Positions 23,326-24,478 of a DNA stretch of 24,478 nucleotides are shown piece after piece (positions within the stretch are counted from its first letter, which is position 1; each line of letters opens with the position of its first letter). The notes below the pieces were generated by a model. It saw only the letters and a list, made by a program, of their open reading frames with translations, searched no databases and was not told where the DNA came from. A program made the translations under genes and the position numbers. The stretch lies in NCBI GenBank assembly GCA_038131935.1, contig JAYPQH010000034.1:1-24478 (forward strand), in the 5' to 3' direction. The stretch is from Alphaproteobacteria bacterium (lineage in GTDB: Bacteria; Pseudomonadota; Alphaproteobacteria; UBA8317).

Positions 23326-24438
23326 TTAACCCCTAGGGCTACACAGAGCGTGCACATAAAATTCAAAAAACTGGTCAATGTCAGCAAGTGATGTCGACCA
23401 GCCTCCAGACAACCGCAATGCTGACAGGCTTGCTTTTCCATCAAATCCCATGGCGGTGAGGACGTGCGATGGGGCCACTTTTCCAGATGAACAAGCAGAT
23501 CCTGATGATACAGAAAAACCTGCCATGTCAGCTTTAATCAACTGCAATTGCGCCTCTATAGATGGATGAACCAAACAGCTAACTGGTAGCGGTCTGTTCG
23601 CGTAAAAACCAGCAATTTGAACACCAAATTGTAGCAATTTTTGTTCATGCTCACGCATGCGCATCACAAGGGCATCAAGGTGCTCTCGTTCATTTTGTGA
23701 GGCTTTCAGGGCGGCTCCCATTGCAGCAATACCCACCATATTTTCGGTACCAGCACGTCTGCCCATTTCCTGTCCTCCGCCCATAAGCAAAGGCTGGAGC
23801 TGACAATCATCTCGCACCAACAGAGCTCCCACTCCTTGGGGACCACCAAATTTGTGCGCTGATAACGCTATTGAATTTGCCCCCCAGGCCCACGATTGAA
23901 TCGACATCTTTCCAAATATTTGCACCGCATCAACATGCAACCATACATCATATTGCCGTGCCATGGCTGAAATGGAAACGAGATCATGTGCAACACCCGT
24001 TTCGTTATTCAACGCCATCAATGCCAGCATTGTTTTACGACCTTGATGCACCAAAATCCGCTGCTCCAAATATGATACATCTACAAGGCCGTCTGATGTT
24101 ACAGGTACCTCTTCCACCTGCACACCTTTGGACGTTAAATATTCTGCCGTCGCAAGCACACAAGGATGTTCTGTTGCACCGACAAGAAGAACATCAACAT
24201 CTGCGCCCAAGATTGCCATAGCATTTGCTTCCGTACCACCAGAGGTAAAAATAACATTTCTTGGTGCCATGCCTGCAATATCTGCAATCAATCCACGAAC
24301 GTTCTCGACCTCCCTGCGCGCTTTGCGCCCATCACCATGCACTGAGGATGGATTGGCTTGAGCCATGGTCGAAAAACATGAAGCAGCAACCGGACGCAAA
24401 GGCGCAGTTGCATTATGATCCAAATAAAGCCGGTTCAT
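23326..24438 (-). CDS. iscS: Group I (NifS/IscS-like) cysteine desulfurase
   Basis: YLDHNATAP, NPSSVH, FTSGGTEAN, NNETG, HVDAVQ, SAHKFGGPQG and the active-site SSGSACSSG. ATG at 24438 (MNRLYLD). Confidence 0.88.
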   Translation of the reverse strand: MNRLYLDHNATAPLRPVAASCFSTMAQANPSSVHGDGRKARREVENVRGLIADIAGMAPRNVIFTSGGTEANAMAILGADVDVLLVGATEHPCVLATAEYLTSKGVQVEEVPVTSDGLVDVSYLEQRILVHQGRKTMLALMALNNETGVAHDLVSISAMARQYDVWLHVDAVQIFGKMSIQSWAWGANSIALSAHKFGGPQGVGALLVRDDCQLQPLLMGGGQEMGRRAGTENMVGIAAMGAALKASQNEREHLDALVMRMREHEQKLLQFGVQIAGFYANRPLPVSCLVHPSIEAQLQLIKADMAGFSVSSGSACSSGKVAPSHVLTAMGFDGKASLSALRLSGGWSTSLADIDQFFEFYVHALCSPRG

Positions 24439-24478
24439 GATACAGGGCGTGACTGAGGGGGTAGAAATCAGCAAGTGT
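24413..24478 (-). CDS. Possible C-terminal tail of an upstream gene (perhaps an Rrf2/IscR regulator), truncated by the window edge
   Basis: Open frame TLADFYPLSHALYHEPALFGS* overlaps the iscS start. TLAD resembles Rrf2 C-termini, and an Rrf2 gene commonly precedes this operon in Alphaproteobacteria. Only 21 aa are visible. Confidence 0.2.
   Translation of the reverse strand, partial: TLADFYPLSHALYHEPALFGS

Overview
Core housekeeping region of a compact, moderately AT-rich alphaproteobacterial chromosome. The left arm (minus strand) carries the conserved tRNA-Leu, tig, clpP, clpX, lon, hupB, tRNA-Val, tRNA-Asp, nuoABCDEF run. The centre (plus strand) has glnB-glnA, a terminator and parE, followed by an alpha/beta hydrolase (minus) and a DEAD-box RNA helicase (plus). 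The right arm (minus strand) is an Fe-S biogenesis operon: nifS/iscS-like, sufB, sufC, sufD, sufS, sufU, sufT, sufA. I see no mobile element, CRISPR array or clearly novel multi-gene system. Eleven genes are broken by small indels and nuoA has a compensated pair. These cluster toward both ends while about 8.1-15.5 kb is clean, which points to unpolished long-read consensus error rather than pseudogenes. Most notable observations: a (His-Asp)13-His insertion in trigger factor; a SufU-type gene, hidden by a frameshift, in an alphaproteobacterial suf operon; and paired NtrC-like boxes upstream of glnB without a recognisable sigma54 site.
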